From positions 87,110,001 to 87,174,000 of the forward strand of contig OX597816.1 in NCBI GenBank assembly GCA_951406725.2: a stretch of 64,000 bases of DNA, given 5' to 3'. Every line of letters starts with the position of its first letter. Position 1 is the first letter of the stretch. Positions 26,386 to 39,144 of the stretch are shown one piece after another. The translations under genes and the position numbers were made by a program. A model generated the notes under the pieces. The model was not told where the DNA came from. It made no database searches and saw only the letters and a list, made by a program, of their open reading frames with translations. Source of the DNA: Octopus vulgaris (taxonomy: Eukaryota).

Positions 26386-27085
26386 TATATATGTATGTTT
26401 ACTGTTGAATGTCTGACTGGTCTTCTCAGTTTAGTCAAAAATTATAAAACGAATAACCGCGAAACCATTATGTCCTGATTTATTATCTCATATTGAATGT
26501 TTTCTAACATTCATCTGGATCTGTGGTGCAACACTTAAGTGCTTGAATTAGATTCAAAATTAATCACGTAAAGCAATTATAAAGTTTCCTTTCGTTTTCA
26601 TTTTCAGGAAACTATTCATTTTTGCTTTCATTACCGGAATTGATTGGAATTTTACACATCTGTTTTAAAATCCACTATATATCATATTTGTTATTTTTTT
26701 ATTTACTGCAGCCACTCTCACTTTTCGTATAATGTCTCTACTTTTTTACACCTGAATCCTAATATCGTTTTTAAAAATATTGACGCTTTCAGTCTTTTCA
26801 AATTCTGTATCACTACTCAATTATAACTCGTCAATAATGTTCATGAATAATATGGGAATATTTGTTTTATCTAAATGCTTAATTTTTTTCATTTGTTATT
26901 TTTTGAAAATGTAGTTTTATTGCAAAATGTTCTCAATCATTTTTGAAATAGTTGTTTTAATTTTTTCTAGTCCCTCGGTCACTGTGTCACTCAATTATCG
27001 CGTTAAACTTTTTGTTACACCAAAAACAGACAGTTCTGGGTACTAATGTATTAACGTACATTTGCAAAAGGGGTTTTAATGATCC

Positions 27086-27762
27086 TGTCTACTAAGGCGC
27101 AAGACCTGAAATTTTGGTGGGAGGGTGCTAGTCGATTTGATCGACTCCAGTACGCAACTGGTACTTATTTATCGACCCTGAACAGATGAAAAGTAAAGCC
27201 GGCCCCGGTGGAATTCGAAGTTAGAACGAGAAGATGAGCGAACTACCGCTAAGCATATCGCCCGGCGTGCTAACTGTTCTGCCAGCTCACCACCTTTAAA
27301 AAAAAAACGAGCGGGGTGTGGTTAATAATACCCAAAAATCTATACAATATGTGACTTTAAAAGTGAAGCAACAATAGCGTAAATTATGGCTAATTCCGTA
27401 CATTTACAAAATAATAGAGTAGAAAGAAACAATAATGAATAATCAGACCCGGCTGGCTTCTGATGTTTTAGCACACAGAAGTCACTCCTGCGCCTATTTT
27501 TATATTTAAATACCGCTAAGTATTTCGCCCGGCGTGCTAACATTTCTTATTTCTTTATAAACATAGAGGGGACAAACAAGGACAGACAAAGGGATTAAGT
27601 CGATTACATCAAACCCAGTGCGTAACTGGTACTTAATTTATCGACCCCGAAAGGATGAAAGGCAAATTCAACCACGGTGGAATTTGAACTCAGAACGTAA
27701 AGGCGGACGAAATACCGCTAAGCATTTTGCCCGGTGTGCTAACGTTTCTGTCAGCTCTCCGC
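27086..27762 (-). mobile_element. SINE A copies (27086-27295 and 27511-27762)
   Basis: Consensus match. Confidence 0.85.
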
Positions 27763-28573
27763 TTGTTGATCTTTGTAATGGCATCCGGTGTAATAAACTA
27801 AAAGAAGTGGTAATTTTTGCATTATTTTCTAGTTCGTTTCGCAGAAAATATAAGATACGAGCACAAAACAGATGTCACCACCTTTGTCACAACTTATGGT
27901 ACGCCATATCACTTCGACCCATTTCCCAGAAATCCTACTTCAAAGGATATTAGAAAGAAAAAGCCTTTCTCAGGAATGTCTGTTTAAGAGCTATGAGATT
28001 TGTTAAGCAAAGCTTTAAGACAAAACTTTATCAGAGTGATCGAAGCTTATACGTGAAGCAGTATGTGCACCATAAATTAGCAGGAAATTAGCCTTACTCA
28101 TTGATCTAATCGCATCGCGTTAAGAAGAAATATCTTCTTCAAATGAATTATAAGCAGATCTCGTGTGCCCTGGAAGTGACCAAAAATTTTGATTTTGCTC
28201 TGTGACGAAATCGATGGTTCATAATTTATGTGAGTGTTTAAATTCTTCATATATAAAAGAATAAATAGAATGTGTCGACTTTTTTTTATTTCATAAGATG
28301 ATAAAACTAGTGAAGATGCTTACCCTTTCTTGCAGGCTAAGAATCCACGTAGAGGCTATCTCCTTGATGTTCTTATTGTCTGCTTCCCCTTTTTACAGCC
28401 TAAAATATAACGAGCCCAGTGATTTACTGTTATTATAATGCATACATAAAAAATAGATCGAATTTTCACAGAACCTTTTGTTTATTGTTAATAATTTACT
28501 CGCTCAAGAGGTCCATATTCAATTTGGTTTACTGACACATATTTCGAAGTTGATTTTGTCGTTTATTGCCATT

Positions 28574-28970
28574 GGCGTAGGAATGGCAGTGTGGTAACCA
28601 GCTTGCTAACGAACCACATGATTCCGGTTTCAGTCCTACTGCATGGCACCTTGGGCAAATATCTTCTACTATAGCCTCTGACCGACCAAAGCCTTATGAG
28701 TGTATTTGGTAGAGGGAAACTGAAAGAAGCTCGTCGTATATGTGTGTGCTGTATGTATGTTTGAGTGTCTGTGTTTGTCCCCCCCAACATCGCTTGACAA
28801 TCGCTGGTGGTGTGTTAACGTCCCCGTAACTTAGCGGTTCGGCAAAAGAGACCGATAGAATAAGTACTAGGCTTACAAAGAATAAGTCCTGGGGTCCATT
28901 TGCTCGACTAAAGGCGGTGCTCTAGCATGGCCACAGTCAAAAGACTGAAACAAGTAAAAGAGTAAAAGAG
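28574..28970 (+). mobile_element. tRNA-SINE family B, full length
   Basis: Head ggcgtaggaatggcagtgtggtaa, CORE-like ggcaccttgggcaa, internal (TG)n, tail gtaaaagagtaaaagag. Copies at 51075-51388 (-), 54895-55290 (+) and 57780-58150 (-). Confidence 0.85.
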
Positions 28971-29829
28971 TTAGCGTTATGATTGTGGCTAACAAGCATT
29001 TTATCATATTACATTTATATTTTTCCTAAAGTTATTATTTAACTAGCAAACAATGACTAAAACAGTTGTACTGCTTTATCTACGCCCACTACCGCTTTCG
29101 ATGTCCCCGTATCCAGTCCTCAGGGGTGGTATCCCTCTCTTAGACAAATTCTAAGTTAGCCAGATGCATAATATCCCTCTTCAAGCTCTGGCGTCACAAA
29201 CGTCTCTCCTGTTCGTTCTTTCGCTAACCCCTGTGTGACTGATTCTTGCTGACCAGAAACACGACTCAGTTCACGTTTTTACAACTACATTCCTCAATTC
29301 GTAGGTGCTCGAGCTGAGCATAAAACAAAGAAATCTAAGCAGTTTCTAAGGGTTTTGCGCTGATTATAGTCTCAGCTTTTTTACCACCTCACAGTAAATA
29401 CCAAAAATGTGTGTTCTTATGTGTCGGGGTATGTGTACATGTACATACGTATGTACCCACACCGATAGGCTGCATATATACGTACATATTTTTGCATATG
29501 CATTCATATGAAATGTGTGCTTGTATACACATGTGTGTGAGGGAATAGTGCTTTTAGGAATCTGTGCATATACGCGTACATTATTAAGTCACTCCTTTGT
29601 TCTCATTCTTCCATTTGCTCCCTCTCTGGCACACTCTAACACTCTCTTCGTCTCTCTCTCTCTTTCTCTCTACTTTTTAGCTTTCCTTCTCTCTTCCCTC
29701 CTCTCTCACTCACTCTCTCTCTCTTTCTCTTCATGGACTTTTCATACTTGTCTGTATTTCTATCAGCGTACGTCAAATGACACTCCATCTCACAATTTCC
29801 TTCTGTATGCATGCACTATATGCATGTAT

Positions 29830-29831
29830 TG

Positions 29832-29877
<46 letters not shown>

Positions 29878-30500
29878 CTACGTATGTATACGTATCAGTA
29901 TGGGTGTATATAGAGAGCATACACACACACATATATGCGTATATGGATAGTTAGGGAGATAGAGCGAGAGAGTGTGTGCATATGTATATGTTGATATGTA
30001 TATGTATGTATACACAAACATATATATATATATATGCAAATATATAAAAACAAATGCATCGATATATATGAGTTTGTACGTGTATGTAAGTATACATGCA
30101 TAAATGTATGCATGTATGTATGCAATTATGCACTTACATATGTATTTATGTATGTATGTAAAAATGTATGTATGCATGTCTGTATGAATGTATGCATATA
30201 TGTGTGTGTGCATGTATGTGTGTCGGCATTTATGTATATGTGTGTGCATGCAAGTATGTATGCATTTATGCAGGTATGTATGCATTTATGCAGGTATGTA
30301 TGCATGTATGCATACATGTATGTATGTATATACGTATATATGTATGCATGCAAGTATGTGTGTATGTATACATGCGAGTATGTATGCATGCATGTATGTA
30401 TGTATACATGTATATACGTATATGTGTACGCATGCAAGTATATGTGTATGTATGCATCCGAATATGTATATATATATATGTATGTATTCATCTATGTATA
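29830..30500. repeat. Degenerate (TATG/TGCA/TG)n low-complexity array
   Basis: Directly visible; source of spurious ORFs. Confidence 0.9.
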
Positions 30501-31949
30501 TATGACAACTTTAACACACACGGTGCAGGTACATACAGAAAACAACAAGTCGAAACCAATCAACAGCTACATAATAGGCTAATGAACACATTATATTCTA
30601 TGCAGAAATTGCATTTTCGCCGACAACATTTCTAAGTTATCAACGTCCATTTTGTTCTTGTATTTCTATGCTTGCTTGCTATCTTTCTTCCTTTCTTTCT
30701 TTCTTTCTTTCTTTCATTCTACTTTTCTTTCGTTCTTCCTTTGCTTCTTTCTTTCTGCCTTTCTTTCTATGATTTTTTTTTCTTCTTCTTTCTATTTTCA
30801 TAGTTTCAGAAAGAGCTCATTTGTCATCTGATTTAAACTGTTACAAAGAAACTTCTTTGCTATTCTGAAAATGTCAACACCCAACCAATATGATATTTGT
30901 ACGTTGTCTAATTTATTTTTGTTCTTTCTTGGGTTTTATATATATATATATATATATATATACATACATACATACACATATACACAAACATATATTTATA
31001 TACATATACACATATATATATATATACATGTACACACACACACACACTTGTATATATATATATATATATCTGCTGTTATTTCTCACTTCTTATGTATTCA
31101 TGTTTTATGTGTATGTTTCATGTGTATGTATATCCATACACACTCACGCATACACACGCACACCATATGTGTATATATATATATATATATATACATATCC
31201 ATACATATATTCATGTATATATATGTGTATATATATAAATATATATGTGTGTGTGTAGCTGTGTGTGTATGTGTGAGTGTATGACTTAATAGATTTTTAA
31301 CGATCTGAGATTTCACTAGAGTCTTTTTTTATTTAAATAAAAAGGCTCGGAGAGAAATTAAAAGAATTATATTCAAAAATGTATCACTGACACATTAAAA
31401 TAAAAAATATACACTCACAGCAACAACACACATACACACACACACGCGCACACACGCACACACACACACACACATATGCACACACATACATACACACACG
31501 CCAATTTTGGATCTAAAAAATATAACATGATTCAGAGAAATGAAAGTAAAAGCAGACATTCATGGGTGACAAATGATATGTTTCCAGTTGCACAATTCAA
31601 AGGACAAATTCACTTTTATGCTAATCATTGTTGAGGCACCGAGAATAAGGCTCACCTATTTTAAGGGGGGAAAAGGGAGAGGAGAGAAAATAAGTGCAAA
31701 AGAAAGGAGCAGATAGATTTTTTCATGTCCTTTTCACAATTGTTAATGCTTTATTTCTTATTCTAAATTTTAGAAAAATTGTTGATATATTTTAGGTATC
31801 GTTGTGATTATGTGTAACACACATACCCACTCACTCAGACGCACACATACACACACACTCACACACACACGCGCGCATGCACACTCACACACATACATAT
31901 ATGTGTGTGTGTTTGTATATATGTTTATACATGTGTGTGTATAAAATAT

Positions 31950-32107
31950 AGAGGGGAGAGAGGAGAGAGGAGAGAAAGAGTGGAGAGAGCGGAGAGGTAG
32001 AGAGGAAGGGGAGATAGGGGAGATGGGGAGGGGAGAAGGTAGAGAGGGGGAGAGGGAGAGAGGGTAAGAGAGGAGGAGAGCAAGAGAAGGGGAGGGAAAG
32101 AGAGAGA
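31950..32107. repeat. Polypurine (GA/GGA) tract
   Basis: ~155 bp of almost pure A/G. Confidence 0.9.
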
Positions 32108-33229
32108 ATTTCAGAATTTGCAATGTTAAAATGGCTACATAGACTAGGATGATAGAAATGCATAAATATCTTGTAAATTTTTTTTTTTTAAATTGACAAT
32201 TGTAGGACGTTTATGCGAAAGCATTAAACAGTCCATTGGTCGTATGTCTATATATGTTTTTTTAATTGTTTCTTTTATTTTTCACAAATTCCTTCTTTAC
32301 TCTTGTCTATAATTGTGTTCCTCTTTCTAAACCTGCATGAGCGTAGAGACGCGTGCGAATATGCATTTGTCGACGCTATATAATTTGACATTCAAACAGC
32401 TTTTGAATATTGCATCGGATATAACGTTGAAGAGATATTCCCTCCGATAACATCTTTTAACCTCGAAGCGTCGAAATACATTCATGGATTAATTCTGCAT
32501 TCATGGATAAATTCTGCATTCATGAGGCAAACATCATCATAAGAGTTTGAAAGGAGCTGTCAGAAAGTATTCCCTGATTAATGGTTAAGGATATACACGC
32601 AGTGAAGTTGCACAGTTCTGCAGCTACAGATCATCAAATGAAAGGCTGTATGTTCATTAATAGAAAATCATGCCTGGCTATGTTGTCAGAAACCCTCAAA
32701 TTGATCATATTTAGACAGCTGTCTATTACGAAATACTTTTGCTAACCAGAAACAATATCTGATACATAAAGAAAAAGAGCTACAAGATATAGGCAACGAT
32801 AATTTACCTAGAAGCAACAAATGATACAGATCATCATAAAATATCAGCACGGTAATACTCAAACATTATGCAATGCAAGAGAAAAACAAGTGTGCACAGT
32901 TGTGGAAAGAACATCTTAATAGTAACTTCAGGGCTCTGAAATGTCTACTTCACCACAACGATGAGAAAACTGAATTGTTGTTAAATGCCTGCGACGGCTT
33001 GCCTTATTCTGCGACCGACGTAATCAACCGACGGATAACTTGAATAACTATGATAAATTTGCGTTTAAAACTATTAATATACTACCACCTAACTCAATGT
33101 CTTCACTTTTAAAAATGGTCTTTACTCTGTAAACATAAAATTCTACGTGGTTTGATATACATGATAGAATGGAATTGGATCTCTTAGGCCCAAGAATCTC
33201 TAATTTTCTCTGAAAGATTTATGTTGTAA

Positions 33230-33400
33230 CCCATGTGTACAACCGATTAACCCTACAAAATCTAATAAGACGGATATATATGCCCTAGACTCTATAGATT
33301 GGTTCGAAAATATGGAGGATAAAAATAAAACTAGATTCTTCCAATTCGACATCAACAACTATTATTCTTCCATTACACAACCCCGTAATCCTGAATATTC
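33230..33400 (+). mobile_element. Penelope-like RT fragment
   Basis: NPTKSN then DSIDWFENMEDKNKTRFFQFDINNYYSSIT; same region as 7900-8100. Confidence 0.7.
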
Positions 33401-33837
33401 TAGAATATGTTAAACTATTCCCGGAAAACAGTAACATGAGCTACAGGATATCCACCATGATAAAAAAAATACTAAAATAATTTGAAGAATATTTCTAGAT
33501 AAAAAGATATCCAATCCTTCTCGTTTATTTATGTATGAAGGGCAATTCAACATCTATTTTATTTATTTATGAATACAATTCAGCATCATGCAATGGAAGA
33601 TTCGCGATGGTGAGAGATCTACTTGTGTCAAAAGGATAGATTGATTAAAATGAAAAATGATAGGTCTGCACCTTAGACAGGATTTTTAAAATAGCAATAG
33701 GCAAGGCTTTATGAATCACTGTATTAGACGAATAAATATATAACCAGTTTAAGACTATCACCAAGGATTTAGTTCAAAATGTAACATATAAGATTTCCAC
33801 AATTTCTAATAATGTGCATATATTTAACAATCACACC

Positions 33838-34107
33838 ACTTACTGAAACAAAGTAATGAGACGAAACGTCTTCTATGAAAATATATAATATCTGCCAAGT
33901 ACTCGGAGAAGAGAGAAACGGAAGCGAGAAAGGCGGAGAAAAATGAGCGTGCTATAATCCACTGCGTAACTGCGAAGCTGTTGCAACACAGCTTACCAGA
34001 ATAATCTTCATTCTTCTTGACAAGAATTTCTTTTCTCACAGTATTAGTACAGTAATATTTTCAACAGTAATGCTGTAAAACACTCTCACTCTACCACGCC
34101 TTATATA
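33838..34107 (-). promoter_or_regulatory. Candidate TATA promoter plus first exon
   Basis: Minus-strand TATATAA at 34107-34101, ~230 bp of non-repetitive sequence with several CpGs, then donor GTAAGT at 33843-33838. Confidence 0.3.
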
Positions 34108-34169
34108 TTGCTTCCTCCAGTGAAGTTAAATTTAGCTCAGCAAAAATGATGATACACATTACAATAACG

Positions 34170-35033
34170 GTTTCATATTTTGGCACAAGGTCAGCAATTT
34201 CGTGTGAGGTGGTAAGCCGATCACATTAACTCCAGTGTCCATATTTCATCGATTTCAAGGGGATGAAAGGCTAACTCTACCTCGCCGGAATTTGAACTCA
34301 GAACGTATAGACGGACCAAATACCTCTAAGCATGCCCGGCATGTTAACGATTCTGCCAGCTCGCCGCCTTAATACATATTACAATAATCCTTTTTTACTA
34401 TAGGCACAAGGCCTGAAATTTTGGGGAGGGAGACAGTCGATCACATCGACCCCAGTGTTTCACTGATACTTAATTTATCGACTCCGAAAGGATGAAAGGC
34501 AAAGTCAACCTCGGTAGAATTTGAAATCAGAACGTAATGACGGGCGAAATACCGCAAAGCATCTCGTCTAGCGTGCTAACGATTCTGCAAGCTCACCGCT
34601 TTCAGTACAGGAGGAATTCCAACCACGTTTCGTAGTTCGCTACCTCAATAGCTCCTCTAACGGATCCAGTGGCTAAGTACATCATCAGGAATAATAATAA
34701 CCACAATAACAAGTATAACAAAATGAACGATACTACTAATGGGAAAAATAATAATAATCATTTCTACTGGAGGCATAGGGCCTGAAATTTAAGCGGGGAG
34801 GAGACTAGTCGATTACATCGACCCTAGTGTTTCACTGGTACTTAACTTATCAACCCCGAAAGGATAAAAAGTAAAGTCGACCTCGGCGGAATTTGAACTC
34901 GGAACGTAGCGGCAGACGAAATACCTATTTCTTTACTACCCACAAGGAGCTAAACACAGAGGGGACAAACAAGGACAGACAAACGGATTAAGTCGATTAT
35001 ATCGACCCCAGTGCGTAACTGGTACTTACTTAT
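34170..35033 (-). mobile_element. Three SINE A insertions (34170-34370, 34388-34600, dimer 34760-35033)
   Basis: Consensus match. Confidence 0.85.
34616..34692 (-). ncRNA. Hammerhead ribozyme motif (type I, long stem II)
   Basis: attc-CTGATGA-T-GTACTTAGCCAC...GTAGCGAACTAC-GAAAC-gtg-GTT-ggaat. Core intact; stem II pairs at 9 of 12 positions. Confidence 0.6.
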
Positions 35034-35289
35034 CCCGTTATCTTTGCAATCCAGTCCTTGATTTCCAGTTATATTTAGTGACTCTAAGAAAACAGAGTAC
35101 AGTACGATCTCTCTTCGCAGGTCCTAGCAAGAGCTGCCCCTTACTTAGAGGGCAAGAAACCTTGTAATTTTGGCATACAATCTAAATCTTCTTTTCTAAG
35201 ATATCACTCTGAAACGAAAATCATACATGGCGATTTCCTGCAAAATTTTATAAATCCTGCAACGATTTATATATCTTTTCTGAACTATA

Positions 35290-36906
35290 GATCGGTACCT
35301 TCCAATGCTTCGATTGGTCATCACGCGGGACGAAGTCAAACGTGTTATTCAAGGCCTCGATGTTAACAAGGGTCACGGCCCTGACGGCATACACCCACGG
35401 GTTATCAAAGCGTTGGCTCCGGTCATCTGCGAGCCCTTAACACGTCTATTCAATATGTCATTGGCGACGGGTGTTATACCTGCAGACTGGAGAACAGCGA
35501 TAATCTGCCCAATTTTCAAGAAAGGGAGCCGCGAAGACCCGCTTAACTACCGACCGGTTTCCCTTACATCAATAATCAGCAAGATGTTCGAAACCATCCT
35601 TAAGAAAAGTATGATGCTCCACCTCCTAAACACAGCCTCTATTTCTGTTTCCCAACACGGCTTCGTGCCGAAGAGATCATGCTTGACCAACTTACTAGTA
35701 ATGGAAGAATTGGTGACGCGCATCCTCGATGATAGTGATGCTGTTGACATCGTTTTATTGGACTTTGCCAAAGCTTTTGACTCGGTAAACCACCGCCTAT
35801 TACTTGTCAAGCTTCAAGCATATAGTTTCCATCCGGATATTGTACGATGGGTTGGTGCCTTCCTCTCAGATCGCTCCTTCCAAGTCCAAGTTAATGGTTC
35901 GCGGTCCGACGTCTCCAGTGCGAGCAGTGGCGTGCCTCAAGGTTCAGTGCTTGGGCCCTTGTTGTTCTTAGTCTTCATAAATGACTTGCCCGACGACCTC
36001 ACGCAACACACCCTTCTATTTGCCGACGATATCAAACTGGTCGCTCCTCGCGGTGATATAGAGAATCTTCGTCGATGCCTCCACCAAATTTGGAAGTGGT
36101 CTAACGATTGGGACCTATGTCTGAACGTGTCAAAGTGCTGTCATCTGCCTGTTGGCTCTCCTCCTGCAACTCAACTTGATTTCGAGCCGGGTCGTCTGCT
36201 GCTGGAGAGGACCGATCAGGTAAAGGACCTGGGTATCTTGGTGGATTCCTCTTTTTCGCCTTCGGCCCAGTGCGTCCATGCTGCCAACAAAGCACGCGGA
36301 ATTCTGTTCTTGATTCGACGGTCATTCGGAATGCTCACAGCAGCCATATTCCTACCACTCTATGTCACGCTGGTGAGACCCATATTGGAGTATGGGATTC
36401 AAGCCTCTTCTCCTTATCTCCTCAAAGACATACAGCATCTCGAAAGAGTCCAGAAGCTGGCTACCCGCATGGTTCATGGTCTCAAAAATTTGTCCTACGA
36501 ACAAAGGCTGAGGACGCTCGACCTTTATTCTCTTGAAAAACGCCGCCTCCGTGGTGATCTCATTCTCGCCCACAACATCATAAGTGGAAAGTGTAACCTC
36601 TCGAAAGAGCTGTTCTTCACTCCTGCTCCAGAGCGTCGGCTGCGGGGTCATTCCGAAAAGCTCTACCTGCGACGATTTCATCTTAATCGAAGGAGAGGAG
36701 CTTTCTCCGTCCGGGTTGCGGATCCGTGGAACAAGCTGCCAGACGAGATGGTGAAGATGCCGACGACCGCTTTGTTCAAAGCCTCCCTGGACCTCAAGTG
36801 GCCTGAACTCTTTACATGAACACCACCCTGTACTTAACTCCATGTCCCCCTACATGGCCTTGCTATTTGCTTTTGAGCCAAATTAACTAACTAACTAACT
36901 AACTAA
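35290..36906 (+). mobile_element. Young CR1-like LINE insertion with a (TAAC)n tail
   Basis: Sharp rise in GC relative to the flanks, short 3' UTR, tail ttaactaactaactaactaactaa at 36883-36906. Confidence 0.92.
35305..36819 (+). CDS. CR1-clade LINE ORF2 reverse transcriptase, 5'-truncated (504 aa, uninterrupted)
   Basis: GPDGIHP, NYRPVSLTS, QHGF, LDFAKAFDSV, GVPQGSVLGPLLF, LFADD, KDLGI, RRLRGDLI, FSVRVADPWNKLP. No endonuclease domain. Confidence 0.95.
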   Translation: MLRLVITRDEVKRVIQGLDVNKGHGPDGIHPRVIKALAPVICEPLTRLFNMSLATGVIPADWRTAIICPIFKKGSREDPLNYRPVSLTSIISKMFETILKKSMMLHLLNTASISVSQHGFVPKRSCLTNLLVMEELVTRILDDSDAVDIVLLDFAKAFDSVNHRLLLVKLQAYSFHPDIVRWVGAFLSDRSFQVQVNGSRSDVSSASSGVPQGSVLGPLLFLVFINDLPDDLTQHTLLFADDIKLVAPRGDIENLRRCLHQIWKWSNDWDLCLNVSKCCHLPVGSPPATQLDFEPGRLLLERTDQVKDLGILVDSSFSPSAQCVHAANKARGILFLIRRSFGMLTAAIFLPLYVTLVRPILEYGIQASSPYLLKDIQHLERVQKLATRMVHGLKNLSYEQRLRTLDLYSLEKRRLRGDLILAHNIISGKCNLSKELFFTPAPERRLRGHSEKLYLRRFHLNRRRGAFSVRVADPWNKLPDEMVKMPTTALFKASLDLKWPELFT

Positions 36907-38182
36907 GGGACCCAGAGAGAACACCACAATGATAAATCAGTGGTTTTCAGTTATCCCATCCACTCTCTAATTTCGACTGCTTCTAAAGTTCTTACACAAC
37001 TCGTTATTTTCCATTTATTCCGCCTCCTCCTCATCCATTCCTCTCTATATTTCCTTACTCCAGTTATCTCAAATCCCTATGGCTTCTATCTTTCCTTTCT
37101 TTTTAAACCCTCACTGTATCTTATTCACTATAAAACAATTTGTAATATTCTTTTAATTGATGTTTCTCCCGACTACACTACAAAGAGATAAAATAATCGC
37201 AATAGTATATTTTTATAGTTATCAATCTCAACCAGATAAAGCCGGCAGACCAGAATTGCTTCTTACTTAACAGTAATTTTAACAACCAATGGTTTTTCTT
37301 TACCCGTCTTCTTTCTTCCTTCTCTCTTCAACTCAACTTCATAGATATTTATCCATCTACCTCATCGTGCCCTCTAGTAAGATAAGATAAGCTAGAACAA
37401 TAAATATCAGGAATCGGTTCCAAACCATTACATCATAGTGGCAATATCGTAAGTGCAATAAACATAATTATGTAACCATATCGCTGAGTATCATAATTTA
37501 TAATCATTATTATAATTATTGTTAATTTCTTTTTTATTAACGTATGAAATACTGTTACATTTTCTCCCAACACTTAGTTATGGTCAATATTACTTTGTGT
37601 CACGGGTTTCATGCCCGCTTTTTCCCAGCAACGATTATTTGTTTTGGAATGAGACAATTCTAGGATAATAACGATAACCATAATGAGAATATTTTATTAC
37701 CTACCAACAACGATAACGGTTAGTAAAGTTGACACTAGTAATATTGCTACAGGGGGCGTCCTCACAATTTTGTAACAGTAACGTTATTATTAATCTAGTT
37801 TATTCATTTATCTAATTCTCTTGCCATTCTATTACATATCGTTGGACACTATATCACTAACTAAATACATTAATTTCCCTTATCCCAGCTATCAACGATA
37901 TGGATGTTGGCGACATCGCTTGCATAGGATCCAATCACATCCCGTTTCTTTCCCTTCTACAGTAACTGGGCTTTGCAAAAGAAGCGAGATACTTTAACCC
38001 GTACTCAAATAAACGCCCTAATGGCTTAAATCTGTTTAATACCTATCACACATACTTCGGATTAATGTACATAGACCGACTTTGTCCAATCTGCCTCACT
38101 TATTTTTCTGTCGCTTTTAGTTCCCTACAATATCGTTTAAAATGTGGTTTTCTCTATATGTTACTCTGATCTCTTATATAAT

Positions 38183-38580
38183 CCTTTCTATTATAGGCAC
38201 AAGGCCTGAAATTTTGGCAGGAGGGAGCTAGTCGATTACATCGACTCCAGTGTTTCACTGGTGATAATTTTATCGATCCCGAAAGGATGAAAGGTCAAGT
38301 CGACCTCGGTAGAATTTCAACTCAGAACGTAATGACGGACGAAATACTTATTTCTTTACCATCCACAAGGGGTTAAACACAGAGAGAACAAACAAGGACA
38401 GACAAACGGATTAAGTCGATTATATCGACCCCAGTGCGTAACTGATACTTATTTAATCGACCCCGAAAGGATGAAAGACAAAGTCGACTTCGGCGGAATT
38501 TGAACTCAGAACTTAACGGCAGGCGAAATACCGGTAGGCGTTTCGCCCGGCGAGCTAACGTTTCCGCCAGCTCGCCGCCT
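38183..38580 (-). mobile_element. SINE A dimer (long-tail unit plus headless short-tail unit)
   Basis: Junction aaagaaata|agtatttcgtc. Confidence 0.9.
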
Positions 38581-39045
38581 TTCTGATTTCTTATATAATT
38601 CCAGATAGTTCTAATTCCACTTAACTCTAACCACGTTAATAAACTGTAAACATCTGTTTGCATATACACAAATCATTCACGACTATAACCATAGTTTACT
38701 CCCAACTGTCTTACGGTTAGAGTGAACTACCACAGAACATGATTAATTTACACTTATTTCTTGTTAATTTCTTCTCTGTCATGTCTCCATTAGGTAATCA
38801 ACTCCCAACCACCCTATGCTCAGCCTAAGTTTGCATTAAAAGCTACTAGTGTTCTCGTTACTATATTTTCTTTTCCGTTAAGCTTTAATTTCCTTAACAA
38901 AGTCATAAGATTTATCTTCTCTCGACGACACTACATGGGGTGGAAATGATTTGTATGTAGAAACAAAAAGAAAGAGAAGACTTAAACACGTAGATACAAA
39001 CAGAAACATTGTTGGTTAAAAAGAAATACACACACTCACATGCGT

Positions 39046-39143
<98 letters not shown>

Positions 39144-39144
<1 letters not shown>

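Larger units (their letters stand above)
35035..38900 (-). mobile_element. Decayed PLE body, interrupted by the CR1 LINE and SINEs
   Basis: C-x-CQNYKVSCPLSKG (~35140-35180) resembles the Cys cluster before the PLE GIY-YIG domain; LFEYGLKY at ~38000. The downstream hammerhead at 34616-34692 is on the same strand. Confidence 0.4.

Noticed and set aside
28574-28650. SINE heads as tRNA genes
   Set aside because: They have A/B-box-like motifs but no complete cloverleaf, and continue into SINE bodies.
36352-36843. 163-aa antisense ORF and other short ORFs overlapping the LINE RT
   Set aside because: Shadow frames of a GC-richer coding sequence; no motifs.
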